Source of the DNA: Methanobacteriota archaeon
Lineage (GTDB): Archaea; Thermoplasmatota; Poseidoniia; Poseidoniales; Thalassarchaeaceae
Direction of reading: 5' to 3'
Assembly: GCA_002708385.1 (NCBI GenBank)
Contig: PANM01000013.1
Location: forward strand, 87,359-151,358
DNA length: 64,000 bases
Position 1 is the first letter of the stretch; each line of letters opens with the position of its first letter. Of the stretch, positions 18,076 through 27,166 are shown in pieces. A program made the translations under genes and the position numbers. The notes under the pieces are model-generated. The model was given only the letters and a program-made list of their open reading frames with translations. It was not told the DNA's origin and did no database searches.

Positions 18076-18876
18076 TCATTCTGAGCTTTCTTGCTCGTCA
18101 AGGAATCCTTTAGATTCAGTCCAATCACTAACGCTCTCTAAGCGCTTTAGCCATCCCTTGGCATTAGTTGATTTGGTGGTTTTAACTAACCATACACCAC
18201 CGAATATTGTATCCCATAGCCCTAAGTCGCCTCGAAGCCTGTACATGATATAATCAATTAACGGAGGAAACAAAAGTAAAACACCGACGGCGGAGAATAT
18301 CTTCCCAGTTGTAGAAGATGGAATTTCACTCGTCAATGTAAAAATTGTAATTATACCTATAATGACTAGTGGGAATGTTAAGCCTTTGATAGTTAGGAAA
18401 ATTGCGAATGGTGGCTCACCTCTGCTGTTGACGTATTGAGTTCTGCTGACCCAATTACCCACTGTACGCTTACGAGCGTAATTCGGCATAAAACCCAGAT
18501 TGAAACAAATTAGAACTATCCCCAGTATTACAAAGATGGTTGGATTAATATTTGCTCCCCAAGCCGAAACCGCCAGTAGTGGTATGGTCCAACCATAACT
18601 GATTATGAAGTCGAAAAATCTTCTAACGAATTTTTGACCTGTCGTTGCCATTTCATAGCCATCAGGAAGTTCCTTTTTGACTCTAGGCGTTCGAGGTTTC
18701 TTTTCTTTAACGGGTTTAGTTTTCTTTGGTTTGGCAGCCGTTTTGGCTTTGGCAGGTTTAGGTTTTGCAGCTTTGGCAGGTTTAGCCTTGGCTACAGCTT
18801 TAGTCGGTTGAATGCCTTTTGTTTCAGGTGGTTTATTCTCAACCTCAACATTACCGGCTTTTTCTAATAATCCCAA
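18076..18876 (-). CDS. RDD-family-like membrane protein with Lys/Ala/Pro-rich N-terminal tail
   Basis: A KPAKAAKPKPAKAK tail is followed by FVRRFFDFIISY and multi-TM segments reminiscent of the RDD family. Confidence 0.45.
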   Translation of the reverse strand: MGLLEKAGNVEVENKPPETKGIQPTKAVAKAKPAKAAKPKPAKAKTAAKPKKTKPVKEKKPRTPRVKKELPDGYEMATTGQKFVRRFFDFIISYGWTIPLLAVSAWGANINPTIFVILGIVLICFNLGFMPNYARKRTVGNWVSRTQYVNSRGEPPFAIFLTIKGLTFPLVIIGIITIFTLTSEIPSSTTGKIFSAVGVLLLFPPLIDYIMYRLRGDLGLWDTIFGGVWLVKTTKSTNAKGWLKRLESVSDWTESKGFLDEQESSE

Positions 18877-18897
18877 AATATCATCTCCATAACTGCT

Positions 18898-19755
18898 CTA
18901 ATCTGAGTATACCTGACCCATCTGTTGGAACATATTGAATCCTTCTGATTGCACGAACTCATTTATCTTGTCGTCGGGTAAGTCCCCTAGAACCCTGTTT
19001 ATCATAGTGAAGAACTCTTTTCGAGTGGATTCATCCATGGATTCAGGATTTGCACCAACTTTCTGGAATAATTCAAAGTCAACAGACTGAATGAATGAGT
19101 TAACAAATTCATCTGGCATATTACCTAATAGATCGTTAACTATAGAAAAGAATTCTGGGAATAAATCCTGACTTGTTTTGTCTCTTTCGATAGATTCCTG
19201 GTTTTCTGAAATATCTTCAGTTTCCGATGTGGTTTTTGGTACAGCCTTAGCTTTTGCAACAGGTTTTGCTTTCGCGACCGGCTTAGCCTGCGGAATCTCA
19301 TCTGTATCGGATTCTGGTGATGAAATGAGTTCAACAGTTGGTTTAATGTCGCGCATTTCTTTTTGTTGCTTCTTCCTCAAGACAATAATTTCTCTATCTA
19401 ATTCAGAACCAAATCTATCTGTAAATCTATCCAATAGAGTTCCAACCTCCCCAGTGGCGATTCGGTCTATATGACCATACATTTGGTCTCTTTTATCAGC
19501 AGATAATGCAGGATTTTCCATCTTACGTTTTTGCCAAGCACTTTGGAAATCATCTGGTTCATCACTTTCTACTTGTTCCAATTCTACCGGAGTCTCACTA
19601 GGAATATCGATACCCGGAGGTGGAGGAGGGGATGAAACATCATTTTCATTAGAATCTCCTTGATTAGAATCCGATATTGGCGGTGGAATAGGTAGTCCAG
19701 GAGGTGGCGGTGGAAGCGGAAGTTCATCCCAGTTTTCTTCATCGCCGTCAGACAA
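18898..19755 (-). CDS. Hypothetical acidic protein with poly-Pro tracts and an internal duplicated about 35-aa motif
   Basis: PPPPPGLPIPPP and PPPPPGIDIP tracts, a KPVAKAKPVAKAK stretch, and two C-terminal repeats (F..V/I..LG.MPD.F/I.N.F.QS..F..FQ..G). Confidence 0.4.
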   Translation of the reverse strand: MSDGDEENWDELPLPPPPPGLPIPPPISDSNQGDSNENDVSSPPPPPGIDIPSETPVELEQVESDEPDDFQSAWQKRKMENPALSADKRDQMYGHIDRIATGEVGTLLDRFTDRFGSELDREIIVLRKKQQKEMRDIKPTVELISSPESDTDEIPQAKPVAKAKPVAKAKAVPKTTSETEDISENQESIERDKTSQDLFPEFFSIVNDLLGNMPDEFVNSFIQSVDFELFQKVGANPESMDESTRKEFFTMINRVLGDLPDDKINEFVQSEGFNMFQQMGQVYSD

Positions 19756-19831
19756 GGTTACACCCCGGTGAACACAGGTAAAATGGACCTACTATTCAAT
19801 ATTCTCCAAATACGAGTAAGAAAGGTAGGAG

Positions 19832-21025
19832 TCAGTTAGAGATTCGTTTTGCCCAACCTTTCAAACATAGGAAAATTGCGAGTGCTTCAGAAACCTCGTA
19901 AATTTCACCTGTTGAACCAGATATTTCACGCCCCCCTAGGCTTGCAGTCACATCGTCAATTAGGAATTCAACCATTGTTTTATTGTCCTGGCTGAAGACT
20001 ATAGACTCAGTTAGAGGATCGAAGGGATTTGAACCATCAGGATCTAACCTATCAAATGGAATTTCTGTTACTCTTAATCCACACTTGCCATGCAAGCTTC
20101 CAAGATGCCGAATTACACGTTTGACATCAACTGTGACGTTTTCATCAGTTTCACCGGCGGTACCTAATACTACTGATTTATCTAACTTAACTAATTCCCA
20201 AAATATATCAGTATCTTTACCAAATACTGCCAAATTGTGGTCTTTGGACAACCTAGCGAGTCTATCTTCTATCAGAGTTCCTTCCGCCAATCGAGATATT
20301 CGATTTACGCTTACATTTCGATTTGATGGGCTAGAATTCAATAGATCATAAAATTCGTCGATATATTTGCTGGAATCAGTTTCTTTATTCCCAATAGTAG
20401 ATAATTTGGAAAGTACACTTTGCATACCAATATCCATTCTATCCCTCCAACCACTATTTCCGCCAGCTAAAATAGCCCCTACTTCCAAACCCTCACCACG
20501 AATGTAGGAAACAATTTCTCTCCTGGCATTGGAATCTAAACCCATCATCAATGGGTCTCTTACATGAATGTGGAATCCTCTATGACCCGAGAATGTGAAT
20601 TGTGCAAACTGTTTTTGCATTCCAAATTCTGGTTCTAGAAAATCATTCCATAGACTCCAAGCTTGTTCCTGGATCAGATTAATCATGGTGGGGAAGTCAG
20701 CATCAGACACTCCAGGTAAGTGATCTCCATCCAAATCAAAAATAAGATCTGCACCCAACCAGTTTTTGTCTACCATTTTCCTTTCTAGTGGATGTTTGTA
20801 GTAGGCCGTACTGTGAAAGCAAGAGTGAGGTCCTCTTTGTTGCAGATAGGCTAGGAGAGATTCTTCGGTACTAAATGCTCTGTGTCTATCTACCGGTTTA
20901 TCACCCCATTGAATAAACATCCATTCACGATTACGTAATCGAGGTGGTGTCCATATATCAGTAGGTTGCAGAGAGTTGTAGTACCTTGAGAATCTCAAGG
21001 CGAACCTACTCCAACCCTCAGCCAC
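19832..21025 (-). CDS. priS: DNA primase small (catalytic) subunit PriS
   Basis: The catalytic motif is ADLIFDLDGDH, with a downstream SGHRGFHIHV-type motif. The track start is GTG at 21023-21025. Confidence 0.75.
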   Translation of the reverse strand: MAEGWSRFALRFSRYYNSLQPTDIWTPPRLRNREWMFIQWGDKPVDRHRAFSTEESLLAYLQQRGPHSCFHSTAYYKHPLERKMVDKNWLGADLIFDLDGDHLPGVSDADFPTMINLIQEQAWSLWNDFLEPEFGMQKQFAQFTFSGHRGFHIHVRDPLMMGLDSNARREIVSYIRGEGLEVGAILAGGNSGWRDRMDIGMQSVLSKLSTIGNKETDSSKYIDEFYDLLNSSPSNRNVSVNRISRLAEGTLIEDRLARLSKDHNLAVFGKDTDIFWELVKLDKSVVLGTAGETDENVTVDVKRVIRHLGSLHGKCGLRVTEIPFDRLDPDGSNPFDPLTESIVFSQDNKTMVEFLIDDVTASLGGREISGSTGEIYEVSEALAIFLCLKGWAKRISN

Positions 21026-21085
21026 AACTCAAGGAAAAGGGGGGGGCTGATGAATACAACGTAATGAGAGGGTCTGAATAATCAT

Positions 21086-21280
21086 TCAATCTAGATCTAA
21101 ATCACCGACTTCTTTACCTTCAGTCGATGGGGATGCCCCAGTTTTCTCTATGTATGCCTCTATACAAAGATAATCGCCGTCCAATACAATTGCTTCGCCA
21201 AATGTCAATGCTTTACCTGTAACTGCACAAACGGGGCCTAATTGTCCTGATGCAGTAGATAGTTTGGAAGCGTCTGGCAT
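21086..21280 (-). CDS. Possible small protein (about 64 aa, MPDASKLSTASGQLGPVCAVTGK...)
   Basis: Open frame in the 347-nt priS/mqnD divergent spacer. No recognisable motif; it may be non-coding. Confidence 0.15.
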   Translation of the reverse strand: MPDASKLSTASGQLGPVCAVTGKALTFGEAIVLDGDYLCIEAYIEKTGASPSTEGKEVGDLDLD

Positions 21281-21372
21281 GAATATGGGCAGTTGTAATT
21301 CCTTCTTGATACTTACCTTTGTTCTGATTGAATAATACAAGCGGTTTATTACTAGTTTGCCACGGGCCAAAC

Positions 21373-22230
21373 ATGGACACAGATTCACAGCATATTCGCA
21401 TAGGCCATTCGCCAGACCCAGATGACGCATTCATGTTCTATGCTCTCACCACAGGTGTATTGGATACTCCCGGAAGGGAATATGAGCATGTATTGTTAGA
21501 TATCCAGACATTGAACGAAAAAGCATTGAATAAAGAATACGAAATTTCTGCTGTGAGCATTCATTCATTCCCAAAAATTATCGAAAATTACGCCTTGATG
21601 AATTGTGGAGCGTCTATGGGTGAAGGATACGGTCCTATGTTGATTGCAAATCAGGAATTTACTGTAGATGAAGCCAGATCCAAAACCATAGCAATTCCTG
21701 GTCTTGACACATCTGCTTACCTAGCACTAAGATTGGCATGGGGAGATGTCAACGTAGAGGTGGTTCCATTCGATGAAATTCTCCCCTCCGTTGTTGCCGG
21801 AAGGTTTGATGTGGGACTAATTATTCATGAAGGACAACTTACTTGGAAGGATGAGGGTGTTTATCTCATTCAGGATATGGGTGTATTGTGGAATGAAAAG
21901 ACAGGATTGCCATTACCACTGGGGGGAAATGTTGTACGACGTGATCTTGGAGAGGATTTATGCAAAATGTTATCTGATGATGTTAAACGATCAATCAAAC
22001 ATTCTATAGAAAACCCAGATTTAGCCTTAGAATTCGCAAAAAAATGGGGTCGAGGAATAGACGATGATACAAATCGAGAATTTGTACAAATGTATGTCAA
22101 CGATCGGACTTTGGACTATGGTGAATCGGGGAGAAAAGCAGTTAGATTATTTCTTTCAGAAGGACAAAAAATTGGCATGGTAGACCCTAATCTAGACACA
22201 GATGGTATCGAATTCATCGGGGCTGAATAA
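21373..22230 (+). CDS. mqnD: MqnA/MqnD-family enzyme, probably 1,4-dihydroxy-6-naphthoate synthase (MqnD)
   Basis: The N-terminus IRIGHSPDPDDAFMFYAL resembles the MqnD GxSPCPND motif. I trimmed the start to the ATG at 21373. Confidence 0.6.
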   Translation: MDTDSQHIRIGHSPDPDDAFMFYALTTGVLDTPGREYEHVLLDIQTLNEKALNKEYEISAVSIHSFPKIIENYALMNCGASMGEGYGPMLIANQEFTVDEARSKTIAIPGLDTSAYLALRLAWGDVNVEVVPFDEILPSVVAGRFDVGLIIHEGQLTWKDEGVYLIQDMGVLWNEKTGLPLPLGGNVVRRDLGEDLCKMLSDDVKRSIKHSIENPDLALEFAKKWGRGIDDDTNREFVQMYVNDRTLDYGESGRKAVRLFLSEGQKIGMVDPNLDTDGIEFIGAE

Positions 22231-22710
22231 ATGACGGAAAACATACCAGAAAGATCCGAGTTTGACTCCGTTGATCCAGCACCTCCAAGTGATGGAAATA
22301 ACGTCTCGAATCTACGAAATACTCTTTGTGATGAAAATGAAAAAATGTTTCAAAGAATGCGGGCCTTATTTGCCCTTAGGAATATTGGTGGGAAAGAATC
22401 TGTTGATGCTCTGGCTGCCGCATACAGGTCTAAATCGGCATTGTTGAAACATGAGATAGCATATGTGATGGGCCAAATGCAGGATACTAATGCCGTACCT
22501 CACCTGATTGATAGATTGGAAGATAAAGATGAGGATATTATGGTGAGACATGAAGCTGCGGAAGCATTGGGTGCAATTGGCGATAGAACTGCTTTGTCTG
22601 TCCTAGAAAAATTCGTAAATGATGATGAAGTAGTCATCGCAGAATCATGTGAAGTAGCTCTAGATTTGTTGGAATGGGTAGCTAGTAAGAGATTGGATTA
22701 TTCGGATTAA
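22231..22710 (+). CDS. Half-size deoxyhypusine hydroxylase-like HEAT-repeat protein (two His-Glu motifs)
   Basis: 159 aa with ALFALRNIGG, SALLKHEIAYVMGQMQD and IMVRHEAAEALGAIGD matching the diiron-ligand HE repeats of one lobe of eukaryotic DOHH. Its ATG directly follows the mqnD stop. Confidence 0.55.
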   Translation: MTENIPERSEFDSVDPAPPSDGNNVSNLRNTLCDENEKMFQRMRALFALRNIGGKESVDALAAAYRSKSALLKHEIAYVMGQMQDTNAVPHLIDRLEDKDEDIMVRHEAAEALGAIGDRTALSVLEKFVNDDEVVIAESCEVALDLLEWVASKRLDYSD

Positions 22711-23507
22711 ATCTCTAAGTTAGCCCAAGTTGGTTCTTCAGATATCTGACAAACCTCCTTTAGGAATTTTGAAAGACCTTTATGAGATTCTTCATCTAAT
22801 GTATTTCTTACCTCGTTATCGAAGTAATGCTGCATTCGTATTTTATCAATACCTGTAGATGAAGATGATTGCTCAATTACCAATGATTTTTTTGTTGGAA
22901 TGGTATTAAATTCTTCATAATTCTGTAATAAATCAGCATGTATAGCCGATATTTGGCTGATCGGTGCATCTTTTCGGCAAGCAAATACACCAAAGACCAT
23001 AGGTAATTTGGTAACTTTGGTCCATTCCCCCCCTAAATCTAAACAAACTAATTCAGGATAATTTTCAGCTGCATTTAATGCCCTGTCTCCGATTAGTAAC
23101 GCCCCATCGCATGTGGCTAACATAGAATCTAAGTCAGGGCCGGTTTCAATACATTTTGGATCTAGTCCTTTGTGTTCAAGTAGCCATCGTAAAAGGACCT
23201 TAGAAGTGGAAGAATCTGAAGGTAATGCTATATCTCGCATATCGGTTAAATCTCTACTTCCAAAAAGAATAACCGAACCAACAGCACCCATAGCAACTAT
23301 TCCAAGATTAGGTAGTAACATCAATTCATCTTGGTGTTTAGCATAATCAGCTGCCGGTATGGGTGCCGTTAGACAATCTCTCCTTAGCACGTGACCTGTT
23401 AACCACGCAGGAGGCGCTGATAGGATTGTCCATTTAGAATTTAAACCATGGAAAAGGGGGTCGCAATTAGTAAAAGCAACTCTTCCAATTACATTCGTCC
23501 AAGCCAT
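22707..23507 (-). CDS. mqnA: MqnA/MqnD-family enzyme, probably chorismate dehydratase (MqnA)
   Basis: Periplasmic-binding-protein-like fold family. The N-terminus IGRVAFTNCDPLFHGL resembles the MqnA GRISYLNxxPLxYGL pattern. Confidence 0.55.
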   Translation of the reverse strand: MAWTNVIGRVAFTNCDPLFHGLNSKWTILSAPPAWLTGHVLRRDCLTAPIPAADYAKHQDELMLLPNLGIVAMGAVGSVILFGSRDLTDMRDIALPSDSSTSKVLLRWLLEHKGLDPKCIETGPDLDSMLATCDGALLIGDRALNAAENYPELVCLDLGGEWTKVTKLPMVFGVFACRKDAPISQISAIHADLLQNYEEFNTIPTKKSLVIEQSSSSTGIDKIRMQHYFDNEVRNTLDEESHKGLSKFLKEVCQISEEPTWANLEI

Positions 23508-23518
23508 AATCTGACACC

Positions 23519-24745
23519 TTATACTAATAGCGGAAGAGAAGTGGATTTAGTAACTTGAACATTTTCTATGTTAAATTTGGAATAAACTGTGTTTCTTCTT
23601 ACTGCTATTTGCCCTGTTTCATGTATTAATCGGATTAAATCCTGATTACTCGAATCTAAAGCAGTTGTACTACCTGCTGAATGCATAATTTCTTCGTGAC
23701 CTACTGTTCCATCTATATCGTCGGCGCCTGAGAGAAGAGCTAATTGTGCAACATCGTCTCCAATATTCATTCTGTATGCTTTAATGTGCGGTATGTTATC
23801 TAGCATCAATCTAGAGATTGCAATCATCCTTAATATTTCATTGGAGCTAGCTAGTTGCGCTTCTGGCAAACGACTAAAATCTGGTAAAAATGGGTAGGGG
23901 ACAAAACATTGGAAGCCATTTGTTTCATCTTGTAATTGTCGAAGTAAATCTAAATGTACGATTCTATCTTGAATGGTTTCAATCGTACCAAATAACATAG
24001 TGCAATTAGTCGGTATGCCTAACGTATGTGCCTCCTTATGAATATTCAAATATTCATTACTGGATTCCTTGCCTCTACAAATTCTATCTCTAATCTTGTC
24101 GACAAGAATTTCCGCCCCACCACCAGGAATGGAATCCAATCCGGAATTCTTGAGGCGTTGTAATGTTTCTTTAACAGTTAAGTTAGACCTTTTTGATAGG
24201 TGTTTGATTTCAACTGCAGTAAGGGATTTAATATGTATATGCGGAAATTTCGTTTTGGCACTTCTGTAGAGGTCTTCATAATGAGTAATATCCCATACCG
24301 GATGTAGACCACCAACAGAGTGTACTTCATCAATACTAGAAGAAAAACGTTCGATTCTGTGAAGATATTCGTCTATGCTCAATTCATACGCTTCATCATG
24401 GCGTGGGCCTTTTCTAAATGCACAAAATCGACATGCTAAAACACAAATGTTTGTGGTATTTACGTGTAGATTTTGATTAAAATAAATTTGATTATCAAAT
24501 CTAGATTGTTTGACCATGTTAGCCAGTGTAAATAGCGAATTAATGTTGGTAACAGAATACAGTGCCTTCCCCAAATTTGGTTTAATCCGGCCTTCTTCAA
24601 TTAACGAATTTAAGGCTCTCAATAGTGTTGGATTATTAGAAATAGAGGTAGGAATTGGCATAATGCTAAGTCGATTTCTCCAATTCAAATCCCCTCCGAG
24701 GGGAGCAGGATATGACTCTTGTGATGTATCCACAACACCCGCCAA
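23519..24745 (-). CDS. Radical-SAM enzyme of the MqnC/MqnE (CofH-like) family, futalosine pathway
   Basis: The CxxxCxxC cluster is CVLACRFCAF, and family conservation is CofH/MqnC/MqnE-like. An alternative ATG lies at 24659-24661. I cannot tell MqnC from MqnE by eye. Confidence 0.65.
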   Translation of the reverse strand: MAGVVDTSQESYPAPLGGDLNWRNRLSIMPIPTSISNNPTLLRALNSLIEEGRIKPNLGKALYSVTNINSLFTLANMVKQSRFDNQIYFNQNLHVNTTNICVLACRFCAFRKGPRHDEAYELSIDEYLHRIERFSSSIDEVHSVGGLHPVWDITHYEDLYRSAKTKFPHIHIKSLTAVEIKHLSKRSNLTVKETLQRLKNSGLDSIPGGGAEILVDKIRDRICRGKESSNEYLNIHKEAHTLGIPTNCTMLFGTIETIQDRIVHLDLLRQLQDETNGFQCFVPYPFLPDFSRLPEAQLASSNEILRMIAISRLMLDNIPHIKAYRMNIGDDVAQLALLSGADDIDGTVGHEEIMHSAGSTTALDSSNQDLIRLIHETGQIAVRRNTVYSKFNIENVQVTKSTSLPLLV

Positions 24746-24830
24746 ATTATCCTCTAACTTGAATCCATCTGTAATTTGTAGAAACCACTTGCCCGGAAAT
24801 CATCAAAGGCCCTTTTGACTACCCGAACAC

Positions 24831-25652
24831 GTGGAAGCCTCTAACCCGTCAATTGAAAGTTTAGAACAAACCGCAAATGAATGTAGAAAATCAATAATTC
24901 AAATGATCCACAAAGCGGGCGCCGGACATCCTGGTGGATCATTATCTGCGATCGATATTTTAGTTGCTCTTTATGGAACACAGATGAATTTTGACGTAAA
25001 TGACAGAAATTCTCCGACGCGTGATAGATTCATAATGAGTAAAGGCCATGCATCTCCGGCAGTATATTCTATTTTACACCAACATGGTTTCATTCAACAA
25101 TCAGATTTAGATGGTTTTAGAACACTTGGTTCAGTTTGTCAAGGCCACGTAGATATGAAATGGACTAATGGTGTAGATTTTTCAGCAGGCAGTCTCGGAA
25201 TGGGATTGTCATTCGGGATTGGTACTGCATTAGCAGCAAGATTGGACAATCGTTCCTACCAAACATGGGTTATGTTAGGTGATGGAGAAACTCAAGAAGG
25301 ACAAATTTGGGAGGCAATGATGGCTGCAAATTATCATGAATTGAATAATCTTCATGTGATTGTGGATCGGAATAGAATTCAAAATGATGATTTCGTAAAT
25401 GTACAAATGGAGGTTGGCGATTTAGCCTCAAAAATCAAATCTTTCGGTTGGGAAGTTAAGGAAATAGATGGGCATAACATGGAAGAAATTACAGAGGCAT
25501 TACAATGGTCATTGAATTCCACAAGACCATCTGCTATTGTAGCACATACCGTGAAAGGAAAAGGAGTATCATTCATGGAGGATAACCCATCTTTCCATGG
25601 TAAAGCTCCTAACGACACTGAATTAATTCAAGCACTGGAGGAGTTATCATGA
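24831..25652 (+). CDS. Transketolase, N-terminal (TPP-binding) subunit
   Basis: GHPGGSLS, the TPP-binding GDGE, and split-gene organisation typical of archaea. Confidence 0.85.
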   Translation: MEASNPSIESLEQTANECRKSIIQMIHKAGAGHPGGSLSAIDILVALYGTQMNFDVNDRNSPTRDRFIMSKGHASPAVYSILHQHGFIQQSDLDGFRTLGSVCQGHVDMKWTNGVDFSAGSLGMGLSFGIGTALAARLDNRSYQTWVMLGDGETQEGQIWEAMMAANYHELNNLHVIVDRNRIQNDDFVNVQMEVGDLASKIKSFGWEVKEIDGHNMEEITEALQWSLNSTRPSAIVAHTVKGKGVSFMEDNPSFHGKAPNDTELIQALEELS

Positions 25653-26593
25653 GCGCTCCATCAACTGGTGGGGCTAGCAGGGATGGGTATGGGAAAGCAT
25701 TGCTAAACATTGCCGATGACCCTAGAGTAGTAGTGATAGAAGCAGATTTAGGAAAATCTACCAAATCTTGCCTTTTTAGAGAAAAATACCCGGAAAGAAC
25801 CGTTTCCCTTGGTATAGCCGAACAAAATATGGTTTTGGTAGCCGCCGGCCTTGCATCATGTGGTAAAGTCCCCTTTGCGAGTACATTTGCAATTTTCACA
25901 GAACGAGCTTTCGAACAAGTTAGGAATGGATTAGCAAGACCGGGATTAGTGGCTCACATCTGTGGAAGTCATGGTGGAATTCATACTGGAACAGATGGTA
26001 GTAGTGCTCAATCAATCGAAGATCTCGCTCTTTACAGAACCATACCAAATATGACAGTCTTACACCCTAGTGATGATTTATCAGCTACTGAATTAACACA
26101 ACAATTACTAGACTACCACGAATCCTCCTACACAAGAACCGCCAGAAATAAGACTCCAAGAATCTACACAGAAAAAACTGTAAAATCCCTTCAGATAGGC
26201 AAGGGCACCATTCTATCCGAAGGAGATTCTGTCGCAATTATTGCAATAGGAGTTATGGTCCATAAAGCTCTGATGGCAGCTGAAAATCTTCGTAAAGAAG
26301 GCATTAATGTAACAGTTATCGATATGCATACTATCAAACCAATAGATACTGAATTATTGGATGATCTAGCCAATAATGTACAAGGAATAGTTACTGTGGA
26401 AGATCATTCAATTATTGGCGGATTGGGTTCTGCAGTTAGTGAATATCTTAGCGAAAATAATCCTACCCGAGTTGTTAAGATTGGAGTAGATGATAGGTTC
26501 GGAGAGAGCGGAGGCAGTGAAGAGTTACTGGAACTCGTAGGTTTGACCATTGAGAGTATTGAGTCCGCTGTAAGGTCAATCGTTGAATTATGA
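25649..26593 (+). CDS. Transketolase, C-terminal (pyrimidine-binding) subunit
   Basis: It overlaps the N-subunit by 4 nt (ATGA). Transketolase central and C-terminal domain conservation is present. Confidence 0.85.
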   Translation: MSAPSTGGASRDGYGKALLNIADDPRVVVIEADLGKSTKSCLFREKYPERTVSLGIAEQNMVLVAAGLASCGKVPFASTFAIFTERAFEQVRNGLARPGLVAHICGSHGGIHTGTDGSSAQSIEDLALYRTIPNMTVLHPSDDLSATELTQQLLDYHESSYTRTARNKTPRIYTEKTVKSLQIGKGTILSEGDSVAIIAIGVMVHKALMAAENLRKEGINVTVIDMHTIKPIDTELLDDLANNVQGIVTVEDHSIIGGLGSAVSEYLSENNPTRVVKIGVDDRFGESGGSEELLELVGLTIESIESAVRSIVEL

Positions 26594-26633
26594 ATTGTAA
26601 GTACCACATAATTGGGTTTGATTCAAGAACAGA

Positions 26634-27164
26634 ATGGATTGGGGATTGTCTGTGACCAGCCTAGATGAGGTCAAGAAACTCCTTGATGGGAAGGTAGATC
26701 CAGAAGGGTTGGAAATCAATTCTGAACTCTATGAAATGGCAGAATCGATTTATGGGAGAGAAGCATTGGAACAGATGGGAATAGACGCTCCCGCTAGACC
26801 TACAGATAGTATTGTACAACCTAATGGGAATGCTAAACATGAAGTACAAATGCCCGTAGAACCAATTCCTCAACCTGAAATACCCCCTCCAAAACCAAAA
26901 AAACGTTCATGGTGGATCTTTATCCCATCGTTAATAATCACAATTACAATAATAGTAAATTTCGTGAGAGGGATAGGATGGATATTGCCATTATGCGACC
27001 CTCCTAATAGCGGAACAGTATGTCAGGATAAACTAATCTTGACGAGGATCATAGAATATCAATCTCCAGATTCATGGAGTCAGACAATGCAATTGGAACT
27101 CCTCGAAGTTGGAATTTCATCCTTTTTACTCATTGTAATGTTATTTTCAATAAGAAAAAGATAA
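26634..27164 (+). CDS. Hypothetical membrane protein (2 TM) with Pro-rich linker
   Basis: A hydrophilic N-domain, a PQPEIPPPKPKK stretch and two hydrophobic helices. Confidence 0.35.
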   Translation: MDWGLSVTSLDEVKKLLDGKVDPEGLEINSELYEMAESIYGREALEQMGIDAPARPTDSIVQPNGNAKHEVQMPVEPIPQPEIPPPKPKKRSWWIFIPSLIITITIIVNFVRGIGWILPLCDPPNSGTVCQDKLILTRIIEYQSPDSWSQTMQLELLEVGISSFLLIVMLFSIRKR

Positions 27165-27166
27165 TT

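Noticed and set aside
18640-18840. Apparent DNA tandem repeats (ggctttggcaggtttaggttttgcagctttggcaggttt...)
   Set aside because: They are imperfect and in-frame, encoding the Lys/Pro/Ala tail of the 18076-18876 protein. This is low-complexity coding sequence, not a CRISPR or satellite repeat.
21213-21434. 73-aa minus-strand ORF overlapping the mqnD start
   Set aside because: It lies antisense to the mqnD N-terminus and is in a different frame from the slightly more plausible 21086-21280 ORF. It has no motifs.
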